Shown: positions 49,101 through 59,403, numbered from the stretch's first letter. The stretch: DNA of 64,000 nucleotides from Escherichia coli (GCF_016026235.1 NZ_CP065613.1); one strand, 5' to 3'. A program made the numbers and translations. Notes: generated by a model not told the origin, from the letters alone.

Positions 49101-49919
49101 TTAAGCAGCCATCTGATGATATTTTTCCCTGAAGGCTGCCGGGGAGATATTCCCCAGACGAGAGTGACGACGCTGACGATTGTAGAAAATCTCAATGTAT
49201 TCCCGTATTACTGAGATGGCTTCATCCCGGTTATTAAAACGATAGTGGCTCAGGCTCTCATTTTTCAGCGTTCCCCAGAAGCTTTCCATCGGAGCGTTGT
49301 CGTAACAGTTACCTTTACGCGACATTGATGTTTTCAGACCAAACTGCTCCTGTATGACCCGGTAATCGTATGCGCAGTACTGTGAACCTCGATCAGAGTG
49401 GTGGATTAGCCCGGCAGGTGGGCGCTGGCTCCTGAGCGCCATAAACAGGGCTTTACCTGTCAGCTCTTTTGTCATGCGCTCTCCCATGGCGTAGCCGACA
49501 ATTTCGCACGTATAAACATCTTTGATGCCAGCGAGGTACAACCATCCCTCCTGTGTGGCAACATACGTCAGGTCCGCCACCCAGACCTGATTTGGTGCTG
49601 TAGGAGCGAACGTCTGGTTCAGCAGATTTGGCGCAACTGGCAGATTGTGGTTCGGGTTCGTAGTCGCTCTGAACTTGCGTTTCTGCTTACAGCGTAGCCT
49701 TAGCTCCTTACGAAGACGTGCCAGTCGGTCACGACCAACGATGATGCCATTCTCTGCCAGCTCCGTCTGGAGCCGCCGGGTTCCATATGTTTCGCGAGTG
49801 CGGATATGTGCCACCTTAATCTCCAGTTTTAGCCGCTCATCACTTTGTTTTCTGTCTGAGGGTTCATGCTGTACCCAGTTGTAATAACCGCTCCTGGATA
49901 CACCAAATACCTGACACAT
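49101..49919 (-). CDS. IS3-family transposase OrfB (DDE integrase domain); normally expressed as an OrfAB fusion
   Basis: 272-aa ORF with ...HHSDRGSQY... and ...GNCYDNAPMESFW... motifs. Confidence 0.85.
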   Translation of the reverse strand: MCQVFGVSRSGYYNWVQHEPSDRKQSDERLKLEIKVAHIRTRETYGTRRLQTELAENGIIVGRDRLARLRKELRLRCKQKRKFRATTNPNHNLPVAPNLLNQTFAPTAPNQVWVADLTYVATQEGWLYLAGIKDVYTCEIVGYAMGERMTKELTGKALFMALRSQRPPAGLIHHSDRGSQYCAYDYRVIQEQFGLKTSMSRKGNCYDNAPMESFWGTLKNESLSHYRFNNRDEAISVIREYIEIFYNRQRRHSRLGNISPAAFREKYHQMAA

Positions 49920-49954
49920 CGCTTCAATGGGAAATTGTTGTCGCCATTGTTCGA

Positions 49955-50257
49955 TTAACGCGTATTTTTCAGCGACTCCTGTGCAAAATACGCTGTTGCT
50001 TTTTTTAATATATCTCGCTCAAGGCGAGCTTCATTTAACGCCTTACGCAGTTGCAGAATTTCAGATTCCAGTTCAGCCACCGTGCGGGAGCCAGGAGTAC
50101 CGAGCCCTTTTCTGGCGGCGGTAACCCATTGTCCTAAAGTGCCTTCAGGAAGGGATAATCGGGAAGCGCCTTCACTGATCGAAAGTTGATTTTCAAGAAC
50201 CGTTCTGACAGCTTCGGCTTTGAACTCTTTAGAGTAACGTTGGGTTTTTCTGCTCAT
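49955..50257 (-). CDS. IS3-family transposase OrfA (HTH, leucine zipper)
   Basis: 100-aa ORF MSRKTQRYSKEFKAEAVR...; ends ...LKKATAYFAQESLKNTR with the A7G run (plus 49998-50005) at the LKK codons. Confidence 0.85.
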   Translation of the reverse strand: MSRKTQRYSKEFKAEAVRTVLENQLSISEGASRLSLPEGTLGQWVTAARKGLGTPGSRTVAELESEILQLRKALNEARLERDILKKATAYFAQESLKNTR

Positions 50258-50439
50258 TATTAGCTCCTTCTGATGCCATTCTATTTCAGGAAGGAGTGTC
50301 CGTTAAACTCAGGCTACCTCAGTTTTCCCTGACTCTTACGCCTTTATAAACAAACCAGATACGTAATTTCCCTCCATGGCTTTCCACGCCTGTCGGATAT
50401 TTCATTTCAATTTCTCTCATTAGTTAGTGTGGCTTTTAG

Positions 50440-50691
50440 TCAAGTAAGATGACGTCTTGGTCTTGCTGATGCCTGGCGCTCAATCCAGCGATCAATTTCT
50501 TCCAGGTTGTAAAAGCATGGACTGTTATCCCATGGCATACCGTCATGAGCGACATGCTTATATTCCCTTCCTTCCATAAACGATTTTTCCCGGGCCTTTT
50601 TTAACGTACCTTTTTTTATTCCTTTCAGCGCAATTAACTGCTCTTCGGATACCCATTTGCCGGGAGAGACAATCATGATTACTTCGCTCAT
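50440..50691 (-). CDS. Putative prophage excisionase (Xis-like)
   Basis: 83-aa ORF with a GREY motif as in lambda Xis; adjacent to the recombination-module remnant. Confidence 0.55.
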   Translation of the reverse strand: MSEVIMIVSPGKWVSEEQLIALKGIKKGTLKKAREKSFMEGREYKHVAHDGMPWDNSPCFYNLEEIDRWIERQASARPRRHLT

Positions 50692-50763
50692 CGATTTCTT
50701 TATCTCTTACATCAGACGAGCGCCGGTTGCAGAATACCAGTCACAACCGGCGACAGTTGAACA

Positions 50764-50904
50764 TTAAGAATCAGCCTGACTCGGGATCAGTTTTTGCCAG
50801 ATAACTGAAACGTATTTTGCCTGGTAACGGGCGTCATCAAGTGCATTATGGCGCTCACCTTCGAATGGAATAGCCGTTCTGGCATCGAAGTCTATGGCTT
50901 TCCC
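50764..50904 (-). pseudogene. 3'-terminal remnant (about 46 codons) of a DEDDh-type 3'-5' exonuclease gene, truncated by the IS10-like element
   Basis: Minus-strand frame open from the IS end to TAA at 50764-50766 reads ...PIDFDARTAIPFEGERHNALDDARYQAKYVSVIWQKLIPSQADS*; H-x-A-L-x-D-A resembles the Exo III motif. Confidence 0.4.
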
Positions 50905-52198
50905 CTGAGGAATCCCCAGAAAACAAGACAGGCATAGTGAGATGTGATCTAATTGATTGTGCTAACAATTTCAAGGAGATCACCACTATGCCTGCACGTT
51001 CATTATGCCAAAATTTCCTTAACAACATACTGGCCCCTTTGCATCTTTACCGTCAAAAATCACTGATTGACGCAACTAATGCTGTAATAAATGGCGCTTC
51101 CCTCACACTTACCAGTATCGGGCGTCATTTAACCGGTACGGCATCAGTTAAAAACAAAATAAAGCGGGTGGATCGACTGTTGGGGAATCGACATTTGCAA
51201 AATGAGGTTTCCACCATTTTTCAGCGAATTACCCAAAAGATTACGCGGGGAATGTCTCGTGTTGTGATACTCATTGACTGGAGTGCTTATCATGCCTCTC
51301 GTTTTCAGCTTTTGCGGGCAAGCCTGGCATGTGACGGGCGTTCTTTACCGTTGATGAGTTGTGTCGTTCCATCATCACAGACAGCGAATGCAGATGTACA
51401 TGAGCGTTTTCTGGAATCGCTTGCTGAGTGCTTTTCCCCCGGGACTGATGTCATTGTTATTACAGATGCCGGTTTTCAGGGGCGATGGTTCCAACAGCTC
51501 CGCTCCCGTGGCTGGACCTATATTTGCCGGGTACTGGGCAATCATTATTACAATGTTGGTAATGGCTGGGAAAAGGTGTCGGACTCAGGCACAAAAGCAT
51601 CAACGACAGCAATTTATTTAGGTGAAGGCCTGCTGGGTCGAGATAAAAATGCACAACATGAAGGGCATTTTTATCTTTATAAAAGTAAGCCTAAAGGTCG
51701 TAGATTTAAACGCTCGAAGGAAAGAGCAACCAGACCATCGGTGACGGCTAAAGCTCGTACTGCCGGGAAATCACCATGGTTTATTTTCACAAACAGTACT
51801 GAGTTCTCGCCAAAACAGGTAATGAAATTATACAGCCGTAGAATGCAAATTGAGCAAAATTTCAGGGATGAAAAAAATCCTCGCTGGGGATTTGGACTAC
51901 GGTTTGGTGCCAGTCATTCATCCGGGCGGGTCACGGTATTGAGTCTGATCGCAACATTAGCCAGTATCATTATGTGGTTAAGCGGTTTCAGCCTGGAAAA
52001 CAAAGGGATACATCATAAATATCAGGCAAATACAGTGAAGCACAGGCGAGTCATCTCGTTATTAAAACTGGCGGAGAATGTGATTCGACATTCTCCACTC
52101 ATACTAAACACACTGTCACTTGACGCAGGGCTGAAAGTTCTACAGCAACGGTATACCAATATGATAATGGTTTACTAAATTTTCTGGGGATCCCTCAG
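50905..52198 (+). mobile_element. IS4-family (IS10-like) insertion sequence with 18-bp terminal inverted repeats CTGAGG(A/G)ATCCCCAGAAA
   Basis: Left end 50905-50922 CTGAGGAATCCCCAGAAA; right end 52181-52198 reverse-complements to CTGAGGGATCCCCAGAAA (17/18); single transposase ORF. Confidence 0.75.
50988..52178 (+). CDS. IS4-family DDE transposase (IS10-like); start at MPARSL preceded by AAGGAG
   Basis: ORF 50937-52178; YREK signature (Y-x2-R-x3-E-x6-K in YSRRMQIEQNFRDEK); segments resembling the IS10 transposase as recalled (IKRVDRLLGNRHL, ITDAGF, YQANTV). Confidence 0.8.
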   Translation: MPARSLCQNFLNNILAPLHLYRQKSLIDATNAVINGASLTLTSIGRHLTGTASVKNKIKRVDRLLGNRHLQNEVSTIFQRITQKITRGMSRVVILIDWSAYHASRFQLLRASLACDGRSLPLMSCVVPSSQTANADVHERFLESLAECFSPGTDVIVITDAGFQGRWFQQLRSRGWTYICRVLGNHYYNVGNGWEKVSDSGTKASTTAIYLGEGLLGRDKNAQHEGHFYLYKSKPKGRRFKRSKERATRPSVTAKARTAGKSPWFIFTNSTEFSPKQVMKLYSRRMQIEQNFRDEKNPRWGFGLRFGASHSSGRVTVLSLIATLASIIMWLSGFSLENKGIHHKYQANTVKHRRVISLLKLAENVIRHSPLILNTLSLDAGLKVLQQRYTNMIMVY

Positions 52199-52824
52199 CA
52201 GTCAGCCCCGCTCTCTTTCGCTTTTTCCAGTCGTTCATCAATGCGATCGGCAACAATCACATTTTTAACGTTATAGACGCCTTTTAATACCTGAACGATC
52301 GTCAGGCCGATTGGACCGGCACCGTAAACCAGAACGGTATCATTTTCAGTCGGTTGACCATGGCCGGTTACGTTAGCCGCAATGGTAAAAGGTTCGATCA
52401 TCACCGCATATTGATCGGCCACTGCTTCAGGAATTTTCCACGCATTTTTTGCCGGAACCACGGCATATTCACTGAAACCACCGTCAGCGTGCACACCTAA
52501 TACAGCCAGTGTCGTACAAACGTTCGGTTTACCTATAGAGCACGGATAGCAATGCCCACAGCTGACCACCGGATCGACAGCAACACGTTCACCGACTCTG
52601 GCGCTTTCCACACCTTCACCCACCGCATCAATGACGCCAAAGAATTCATGTCCAATGACGCGCGGATATTTCGCAAAAGGATTATGCCCACGATAAATAT
52701 GGCTATCTGAACCACAAATTCCGGCAAGTTTCACTTTTACTCGTACTTCACCCGCTGACGGGGTGGGTATTTCACGTTCGACAATCGCCAGTTGATTCGG
52801 TTTTTCAATTAATATGCTTTTCAT
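52195..52824 (-). pseudogene. rspB: Starvation-sensing zinc-dependent dehydrogenase RspB, 3'-truncated at the IS10-like junction (about 208 of about 339 codons)
   Basis: ORF 52195-52848; N-terminus MKSILIEKPNQLAIVEREIPTPSAGEVRVKV and GHE/Cys zinc-ADH motifs present; reading frame runs into the IS repeat and stops. Confidence 0.75.
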
Positions 52825-52835
52825 TATCTTACTCC

Positions 52836-54050
52836 TTACCAGTTCCACAGCGTGCCATCTTCCAGACGTGCGACTGGTAGATAAGCAGGTTCATAGGGAT
52901 ATTTCGCCGCCAGCTTTTCATCGAATTCGATGCCAAGACCCGGTTTGTCTCCCGGATGCATATAGCCGTTATCGAAAGTCCAGTTGTGCGGGAAGACTTC
53001 GAGCATTTGTTCGGAATAACCCATGTATTCCTGGACACCGAAATTGGGGACCCACAGATCAAAGTGCAGCGCTGCAGCCATGCAGACTGGTGACAAATCG
53101 GAAGGACCGTGTGAGCCAGTACGTACCTGATACAGCGAAGCAAAATCGGCAATCCGGCGCATACCGGTAATTCCGCCTGCATGGGTCAGCGTGGTGCGGA
53201 TATAATCGATGAGTTGCTCTTCAATCAGTTGTTTGCAGTCCCAGATGCTGTTGAAGACTTCACCCACTGCGATGGGTGTGACGGTATGTTGGCGAATGAG
53301 ACGGAAGCATTCCTGGTTTTCCGCAGGCGTCGGGTCTTCCATCCAGAACATGCGATAATCTTCAATGCTTTTACCAAAGCGCGCCGCTTCAATAGGCGTT
53401 AAGCGATGGTGCATGTCATGCAGCAAATGTTCATTAAAACCAAACTTGTTACGTACCGCGTCAAACAATTTCGGCATGAAATCGAGGTATTTCTCCGTCG
53501 ACCACAGCTGCTCTTCCGGCCACTGTCCTTTGGTTGCGGGTTCATAAGCCAGACCTTTACCTTTCGACATGCCGTAGGTGGTTTTCATACCAGGGATTCC
53601 GCACTGCACGCGGATGGCTTTGAATCCCAGCTCCTGATGACGGGCATAATCATCCAGAGCTTCATCAATACTGTGACCGGTGGTATGGCAATAAACCATC
53701 ACCCCTTCACGAGACGCGCCGCCGAGTAACTGGTAAAGCGGCATGTTGGCAGCTTTGGCTTTAATATCCCACAGCGCCATATCAACCGCTGAAATGGCCG
53801 ACATCGTAACCGGACCGCGACGCCAGTAAGCACCTTTATAGAAAAACTGCCAGATATCTTCGATACGGTGCGCATCGCGACCAATAAGCTGCGGACAAAG
53901 GTGATCCTGCAAATAAGAGGCCACGGAAAGCTCACGTCCATTGAGGGTGGCATCCCCAAGGCCCGTAATACCGTCCTCAGTGGTGATTTTTAATGTGACG
54001 AAATTACGCCCCGGACAGGTAACAAAAACTTCAGCCTTTACGATCTTCAT
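52836..54050 (-). CDS. rspA: Starvation-sensing protein RspA (enolase-superfamily mannonate dehydratase-like)
   Basis: ORF 52836-54083; start [17 protein letters not shown] at 54050 (404 aa). Confidence 0.9.
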
Positions 54051-54255
54051 GTTCGATTCCTTGCATCGCTTGTCGTGATGCATGAAATCTACGCAACTGA
54101 ACTACTACCATACAAGTATGAAGATCGAAAAAAGCCGGAGTGATCACAAAAAAAGGCGTATATTTGCGCTGTGAATGGTTGACAAAAGATGAAATAGAAT
54201 ACCTTTTGTCAGCTGACGCTTCCTCGTATCTTATTGATAAAATGGATTTATGTTC

Positions 54256-54582
54256 CTACGTGCGCCCCCAGCCCGCAACAATGATCAACATGCCGCAAAG
54301 CGCAATCAACGCACCCGTCCAGTCATAAAGTGTCAGTTTCACGCCATCCACAACGCGCAGCCACATCAACGCCGTGCAGACATAAACGCCACCATAAGCC
54401 GCGTAAACACGCCCACTCGCCGCAGGATGCAACGTTAACAACCAGACAAACAGCGCCAGTGAAATCCCCGCCGGAAGCAACAGCCAGATACTGGCGTTTC
54501 GTTTTAACCACAACCAGGGCAGAAAGCATCCAATAATTTCACACAGCGCAGTAGCAAAAAATAGTAACGTTGTTTTAATCAT
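54256..54582 (-). CDS. ynfA: UPF0060 membrane protein YnfA
   Basis: ORF 54256-54591; 108-aa hydrophobic protein from [20 protein letters not shown]. Confidence 0.85.
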
Positions 54583-54716
54583 CTTTGTCACTTATTGACA
54601 TCATGTATAGTTATAGGGCGACATAATATCATCAATATAAACACCCTCCTGGTACGTTTTGCGTCCGCAGTGGATGGTGTAGAATCACCTTTAATCATTC
54701 ACACAGGGAATGAATT

Positions 54717-55058
54717 ATGAAAATCACTCTCAGCAAACGAATCGGCCTGCTCGCTTTTCTGCTGCCTTGCGCACTGGCATTGAGCACAACTGTTCATGCC
54801 GAAACTAACAAACTGGTGATTGAGTCTGGCGACAGTGCACAAAGCCGCCAGCACGCCGCTATGGAAAAAGAGCAATGGAATGACACGCGCAATCTGCGCC
54901 AGAAAGTGAATAAACGCACTGAAAAAGAGTGGGATAAAGCCGACGCCGCTTTTGATAACCGCGATAAATGTGAGCAAAGCGCCAACATCAATGCCTACTG
55001 GGAGCCAAATACTTTGCGCTGCCTGGACCGTCGAACTGGCCGCGTTATTACCCCCTAA
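54717..55058 (+). CDS. ynfB: Secreted protein YnfB (UPF0482)
   Basis: 113-aa ORF with signal peptide. Confidence 0.85.
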
Positions 55059-55092
55059 CCTGTTATTGATTTAAGGAATGTAAGGACACGTT

Positions 55093-55653
55093 ATGCCAAG
55101 CGCCCACAGTGTTAAGCTACGCCCGCTGGAGCGTGAAGATTTACGCTATGTACATCAACTCGACAATAACGCCAGTGTGATGCGTTACTGGTTTGAGGAA
55201 CCCTACGAAGCCTTTGTTGAACTCTCTGATCTGTATGATAAGCATATTCACGATCAGAGCGAACGACGCTTTGTGGTGGAATGTGACGGCGAAAAAGCCG
55301 GTCTGGTGGAGTTGGTGGAAATTAACCATGTACATCGCCGCGCAGAATTTCAGATAATTATCTCCCCGGAGTATCAGGGGAAAGGTCTGGCAACCCGTGC
55401 CGCCAAATTAGCAATGGACTATGGCTTCACCGTTCTCAATCTCTATAAGCTGTATCTGATCGTTGATAAAGAGAATGAAAAAGCGATTCACATTTACCGC
55501 AAGCTTGGCTTTACGGTTGAAGGTGAATTGATGCATGAGTTCTTTATTAATGGTCAATATCGTAATGCCATTCGCATGTGTATATTCCAGCATCAGTATC
55601 TGGCAGAGCACAAAACACCGGGTCAGACTCTCCTGAAGCCGACCGCACAATAG
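55093..55653 (+). CDS. speG: Spermidine N1-acetyltransferase SpeG (GNAT)
   Basis: 186-aa ORF; GNAT fold. Confidence 0.9.
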   Translation: MPSAHSVKLRPLEREDLRYVHQLDNNASVMRYWFEEPYEAFVELSDLYDKHIHDQSERRFVVECDGEKAGLVELVEINHVHRRAEFQIIISPEYQGKGLATRAAKLAMDYGFTVLNLYKLYLIVDKENEKAIHIYRKLGFTVEGELMHEFFINGQYRNAIRMCIFQHQYLAEHKTPGQTLLKPTAQ

Positions 55654-55655
55654 CA

Positions 55656-56366
55656 TTAATAATAATCGATCGTATTTTTGATGGTGTAAACCCGTTCGAC
55701 GGCGGGTTTTACTCCTTCATCAACAATGATCAGCTGACAGTCCACCGGATTGGCGTGACTGTCATATTCACAGCTCTGTTTTACATTACCAACTCGTTGA
55801 TTATTCAGTAAAGTAACCGCTGTGTAATCTAATTTTTTGATCGGGTCCGTTGATGGCGTGGCGCTGACAGATAATGTTTTGTCGTTACTTTTCGTGGTTT
55901 TACCCAGTGGATAACCCTGATCATCATAGCGATATTCCATCTGCATTTGTTTGCTGCTGGCTTTAATCACGAAGCCATTATCATCGGTTTCCCAACTCAC
56001 CCCGGCAGAAGGTAATTCTGCTAGCTGGCATTTTCCCTGTAAACGTACTCTCTTCTCCAGCGTCTCGGCATCACGGTAATAATTGGCGTCCAGTACCAGA
56101 GCGACCACGGTATTATTTTCCAGATCCAGTAATTCGAGTGAATCAAAACAGCCTTCTTCCGACAAAGTCCCCGAAACACGTTTCGTCACTTCACCTTGCT
56201 CATCCATTAATGTCTGAGTGAAATCTTTTACCGGACCACGCAGCGGATCAAAATCGAATTCATTAGAGAAACTGGCCATCTCAGGAGTAAATGAAAGTGT
56301 TACCTCTGTGCGGTCACATCCTGTGAGTAATATCGCGAGTAAGCATGGCAGTAATTTGTATTTCAC
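55656..56366 (-). CDS. ynfC: Lipoprotein YnfC (UPF0257); GTG start
   Basis: ORF 55656-56402; lipobox LLTGC near the N-terminus when started at GTG 56364-56366. Confidence 0.8.
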   Translation of the reverse strand: MKYKLLPCLLAILLTGCDRTEVTLSFTPEMASFSNEFDFDPLRGPVKDFTQTLMDEQGEVTKRVSGTLSEEGCFDSLELLDLENNTVVALVLDANYYRDAETLEKRVRLQGKCQLAELPSAGVSWETDDNGFVIKASSKQMQMEYRYDDQGYPLGKTTKSNDKTLSVSATPSTDPIKKLDYTAVTLLNNQRVGNVKQSCEYDSHANPVDCQLIIVDEGVKPAVERVYTIKNTIDYY

Positions 56367-56473
56367 ATCAGTCACCAGAGAGTAGAGATGATTCTCAATC
56401 ATAGTAGCAAATACAGTACTTTACACGTTAAATGCTATGCTTAAAGAAGTTATCTTCGCGTAAGGAGCTTATG

Positions 56474-56779
56474 ATGAAACTCTCAACCTGCTGTGCCGCG
56501 CTTCTGCTCGCCCTCGCCTCACCCGCGGTACTCGCCGCGCCGGGATCCTGTGAGCGCATACAAAGCGATATATCACAGCGCATTATCAATAATGGCGTAC
56601 CCGAAAGCAGCTTCACGTTAAGTATTGTACCCAATGACCAGGTTGATCAGCCTGATTCCCAGGTCGTCGGGCATTGCGCTAATGATACGCATAAAATTCT
56701 CTACACCCGCACCACCAGCGGTAACGTCTCTGCTCCCGCGCAGTCTACCCAGGATGGCGCGCCTGCCGAACCGCAGTAA
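56474..56779 (+). CDS. ynfD: Secreted protein YnfD (DUF1161)
   Basis: ORF 56432-56779; signal peptide MKLSTCCAALLLALASPAVLA. Confidence 0.8.
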   Translation: MKLSTCCAALLLALASPAVLAAPGSCERIQSDISQRIINNGVPESSFTLSIVPNDQVDQPDSQVVGHCANDTHKILYTRTTSGNVSAPAQSTQDGAPAEPQ

Positions 56780-56795
56780 CACATTATCGACTGAA

Positions 56796-56818
56796 CGCCG
56801 GATACGACGCATCCGGCG
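56796..56818 (+). terminator. REP-like palindromic hairpin after ynfD
   Basis: CGCCGGATACGACGCATCCGGCG perfect stem. Confidence 0.4.
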
Positions 56819-56863
56819 ATTTGAACATACAACATAACCCACCTTATTACTCATACCCTTCTA

Positions 56864-56877
56864 TTGATATGGATTAA
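56864..56877 (+). promoter_or_regulatory. Candidate FNR site TTGAT-N4-ATTAA upstream of ynfE
   Basis: One mismatch to TTGAT-N4-ATCAA, about 100 bp upstream of the ynfE start; anaerobic control is expected for this operon. Confidence 0.35.
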
Positions 56878-56976
56878 TAATTCTTAACCCAAAATGGGTA
56901 GACTCCCTCTATTGTTAGCGCGCTAAATATTCAATATATAAACTTTTATATAACGATAAAGAACAGGGAGTGAGTT

Positions 56977-59403
56977 ATGTCCAAAAATGAACAAATGGTG
57001 GGCATCAGCCGCAGAACACTCGTTAAATCCACCGCGATAGGTTCTCTGGCGCTGGCTGCAGGCGGTTTTTCTTTACCGTTCACCCTGCGCAGTGCAGCGG
57101 CAGCGGTACAACAGGCCAGCGAGAAAGTGGTCTGGGGTGCCTGTTCCGTCAACTGTGGTAGCCGCTGTGCACTTCGTCTGCATGTTAAAGATAATGAAGT
57201 GATCTGGGTGGAAACTGACAACACCGGCAACGACGAGTATGGCAATCATCAAGTACGCGCCTGTTTGCGCGGTCGCTCCATCCGCCGGCGTATTAATCAT
57301 CCCGATCGCTTGAATTACCCAATGAAACGCGTGGGTAAACGCGGTGAACGCAAATTCGAACGGATTAGCTGGGATGAAGCCCTAGATACTATCGCCAGTA
57401 GCCTGAAAAAAACCGTCGAACAATATGGCAATGAGGCTGTATATATTCAGTACTCTTCGGGGATTGTTGGCGGCAATATGACCCGCTCTTCGCCATCAGC
57501 CTCGGCGGTCAAACGCCTGATGAACTGCTACGGCGGTTCACTCAACCAGTATGGCTCCTACAGCACTGCGCAAATTTCCTGTGCCATGCCCTACACCTAC
57601 GGCAGTAATGATGGCAACAGCACCACGGATATTGAAAACAGCAAGCTGGTCGTGATGTTTGGTAACAACCCGGCAGAAACCCGCATGAGCGGCGGTGGCA
57701 TCACTTATCTTCTTGAAAAAGCGCGCGAAAAATCGAACGCAAAAATGATTGTTATCGATCCGCGATATACCGATACGGCTGCCGGTCGTGAAGACGAATG
57801 GCTTCCTATTCGCCCGGGCACCGATGCCGCGCTGGTTGCGGGTATTGCCTGGGTATTGATTAACGAAAATCTCGTTGATCAACCTTTTCTCGATAAATAC
57901 TGCGTCGGCTATGACGAAAAAACCTTACCCGCAGATGCACCCCAAAATGGTCACTATAAAGCCTATATTCTTGGTGAAGGAGACGATAAAACAGCGAAAA
58001 CGCCGCAGTGGGCTTCGCAAATTACCGGTATCCCAGTGGACCGTATCATCAAACTGGCGCGTGAAATTGGCACAGCAAAACCCGCTTATATCTGCCAGGG
58101 CTGGGGGCCGCAACGCCAGGCAAACGGCGAACTGACCGCACGCGCTATTGCTATGTTGCCAATTCTGACGGGCAATGTCGGCATCAGCGGCGGAAATAGT
58201 GGCGCGCGTGAATCGACCTATACCATTACCATAGAACGCCTGCCGGTGCTGGATAATCCGGTCAAAACGTCAATTTCCTGCTTCAGCTGGACAGATGCTA
58301 TCGATCATGGTCCGCAAATGACGGCAATCCGCGACGGCGTCCGCGGCAAAGATAAACTGGATGTGCCCATTAAGTTCATCTGGAACTACGCGGGAAATAC
58401 CCTGGTTAATCAGCATTCTGACATCAACAAAACGCATGAAATTCTGCAAGACGAATCGAAATGCGAAATGATTGTGGTCATCGAAAACTTTATGACCTCA
58501 TCGGCAAAATATGCCGACATTCTGCTGCCAGACCTGATGACCGTTGAGCAGGAAGATATTATTCCTAACGACTACGCCGGTAACATGGGATATCTCATTT
58601 TCCTCCAGCCAGTCACCAGCGAAAAATTCGAACGTAAACCGATTTACTGGATCCTGAGTGAAGTCGCGAAACGTCTTGGACCTGACGTCTATCAAAAGTT
58701 CACTGAAGGTCGCACGCAGGAACAATGGTTACAACATCTGTACGCCAAAATGCTTGCCAAAGATCCGGCGTTACCGTCTTACGACGAACTGAAAAAAATG
58801 GGTATCTATAAGCGTAAAGATCCCAATGGTCATTTTGTCGCCTACAAAGCATTTCGTGACGACCCCGAGGCAAATCCACTTAAAACACCTTCCGGTAAGA
58901 TTGAAATTTATTCCAGCAAGCTGGCGGAAATTGCCCGTACCTGGGAACTGGAAAAAGATGAAGTGATAAGCCCACTGCCAGTTTATGCCTCTACCTTTGA
59001 AGGCTGGGACTCACCTGAACGTAGAACCTTCCCACTGCAACTGTTTGGTTTCCATTACAAATCCCGTACTCACTCGACCTACGGCAACATTGATGTCCTG
59101 AAAGCAGCCTGCCGTCAGGAGGTGTGGATCAACCCTATAGATGCGCAGAAACGTGGGATTGCCAACGGCGATATGGTGCGGGTGTTTAACCATCGTGGCG
59201 AAGTTCGGCTACCAGCCAAAGTGACACCACGTATTCTCCCTGGAGTTAGCGCTATGGGCCAGGGAGCCTGGCACGAGGCCAATATGTCTGGCGATAAAAT
59301 CGACCATGGAGGCTGTGTGAATACGCTAACCACTCTGCGCCCTACACCACTGGCGAAGGGAAACCCGCAGCATACGAATCTGGTCGAGATCGAAAAAATA
59401 TAA
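56977..59403 (+). CDS. ynfE: Molybdopterin-containing selenate / DMSO-reductase-family catalytic subunit YnfE (Tat-exported)
   Basis: 808-aa ORF with twin-arginine signal (...SRRTLVK...) and N-terminal Cys cluster. Confidence 0.9.
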   Translation: MSKNEQMVGISRRTLVKSTAIGSLALAAGGFSLPFTLRSAAAAVQQASEKVVWGACSVNCGSRCALRLHVKDNEVIWVETDNTGNDEYGNHQVRACLRGRSIRRRINHPDRLNYPMKRVGKRGERKFERISWDEALDTIASSLKKTVEQYGNEAVYIQYSSGIVGGNMTRSSPSASAVKRLMNCYGGSLNQYGSYSTAQISCAMPYTYGSNDGNSTTDIENSKLVVMFGNNPAETRMSGGGITYLLEKAREKSNAKMIVIDPRYTDTAAGREDEWLPIRPGTDAALVAGIAWVLINENLVDQPFLDKYCVGYDEKTLPADAPQNGHYKAYILGEGDDKTAKTPQWASQITGIPVDRIIKLAREIGTAKPAYICQGWGPQRQANGELTARAIAMLPILTGNVGISGGNSGARESTYTITIERLPVLDNPVKTSISCFSWTDAIDHGPQMTAIRDGVRGKDKLDVPIKFIWNYAGNTLVNQHSDINKTHEILQDESKCEMIVVIENFMTSSAKYADILLPDLMTVEQEDIIPNDYAGNMGYLIFLQPVTSEKFERKPIYWILSEVAKRLGPDVYQKFTEGRTQEQWLQHLYAKMLAKDPALPSYDELKKMGIYKRKDPNGHFVAYKAFRDDPEANPLKTPSGKIEIYSSKLAEIARTWELEKDEVISPLPVYASTFEGWDSPERRTFPLQLFGFHYKSRTHSTYGNIDVLKAACRQEVWINPIDAQKRGIANGDMVRVFNHRGEVRLPAKVTPRILPGVSAMGQGAWHEANMSGDKIDHGGCVNTLTTLRPTPLAKGNPQHTNLVEIEKI

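Larger units (their letters stand above)
49058..50321 (-). mobile_element. IS3-family insertion sequence (IS600-like, 1264 bp) with imperfect terminal inverted repeats starting TGAGGT
   Basis: Ends TGAGGTGTACTGGCAATAGCGGACACTACC (49058 onward) and TGAGGTAGCCTGAGTTTAACGGACACTCC (reverse complement of 50293-50321); orfA/orfB pair with an A6G slippery motif. Confidence 0.8.
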
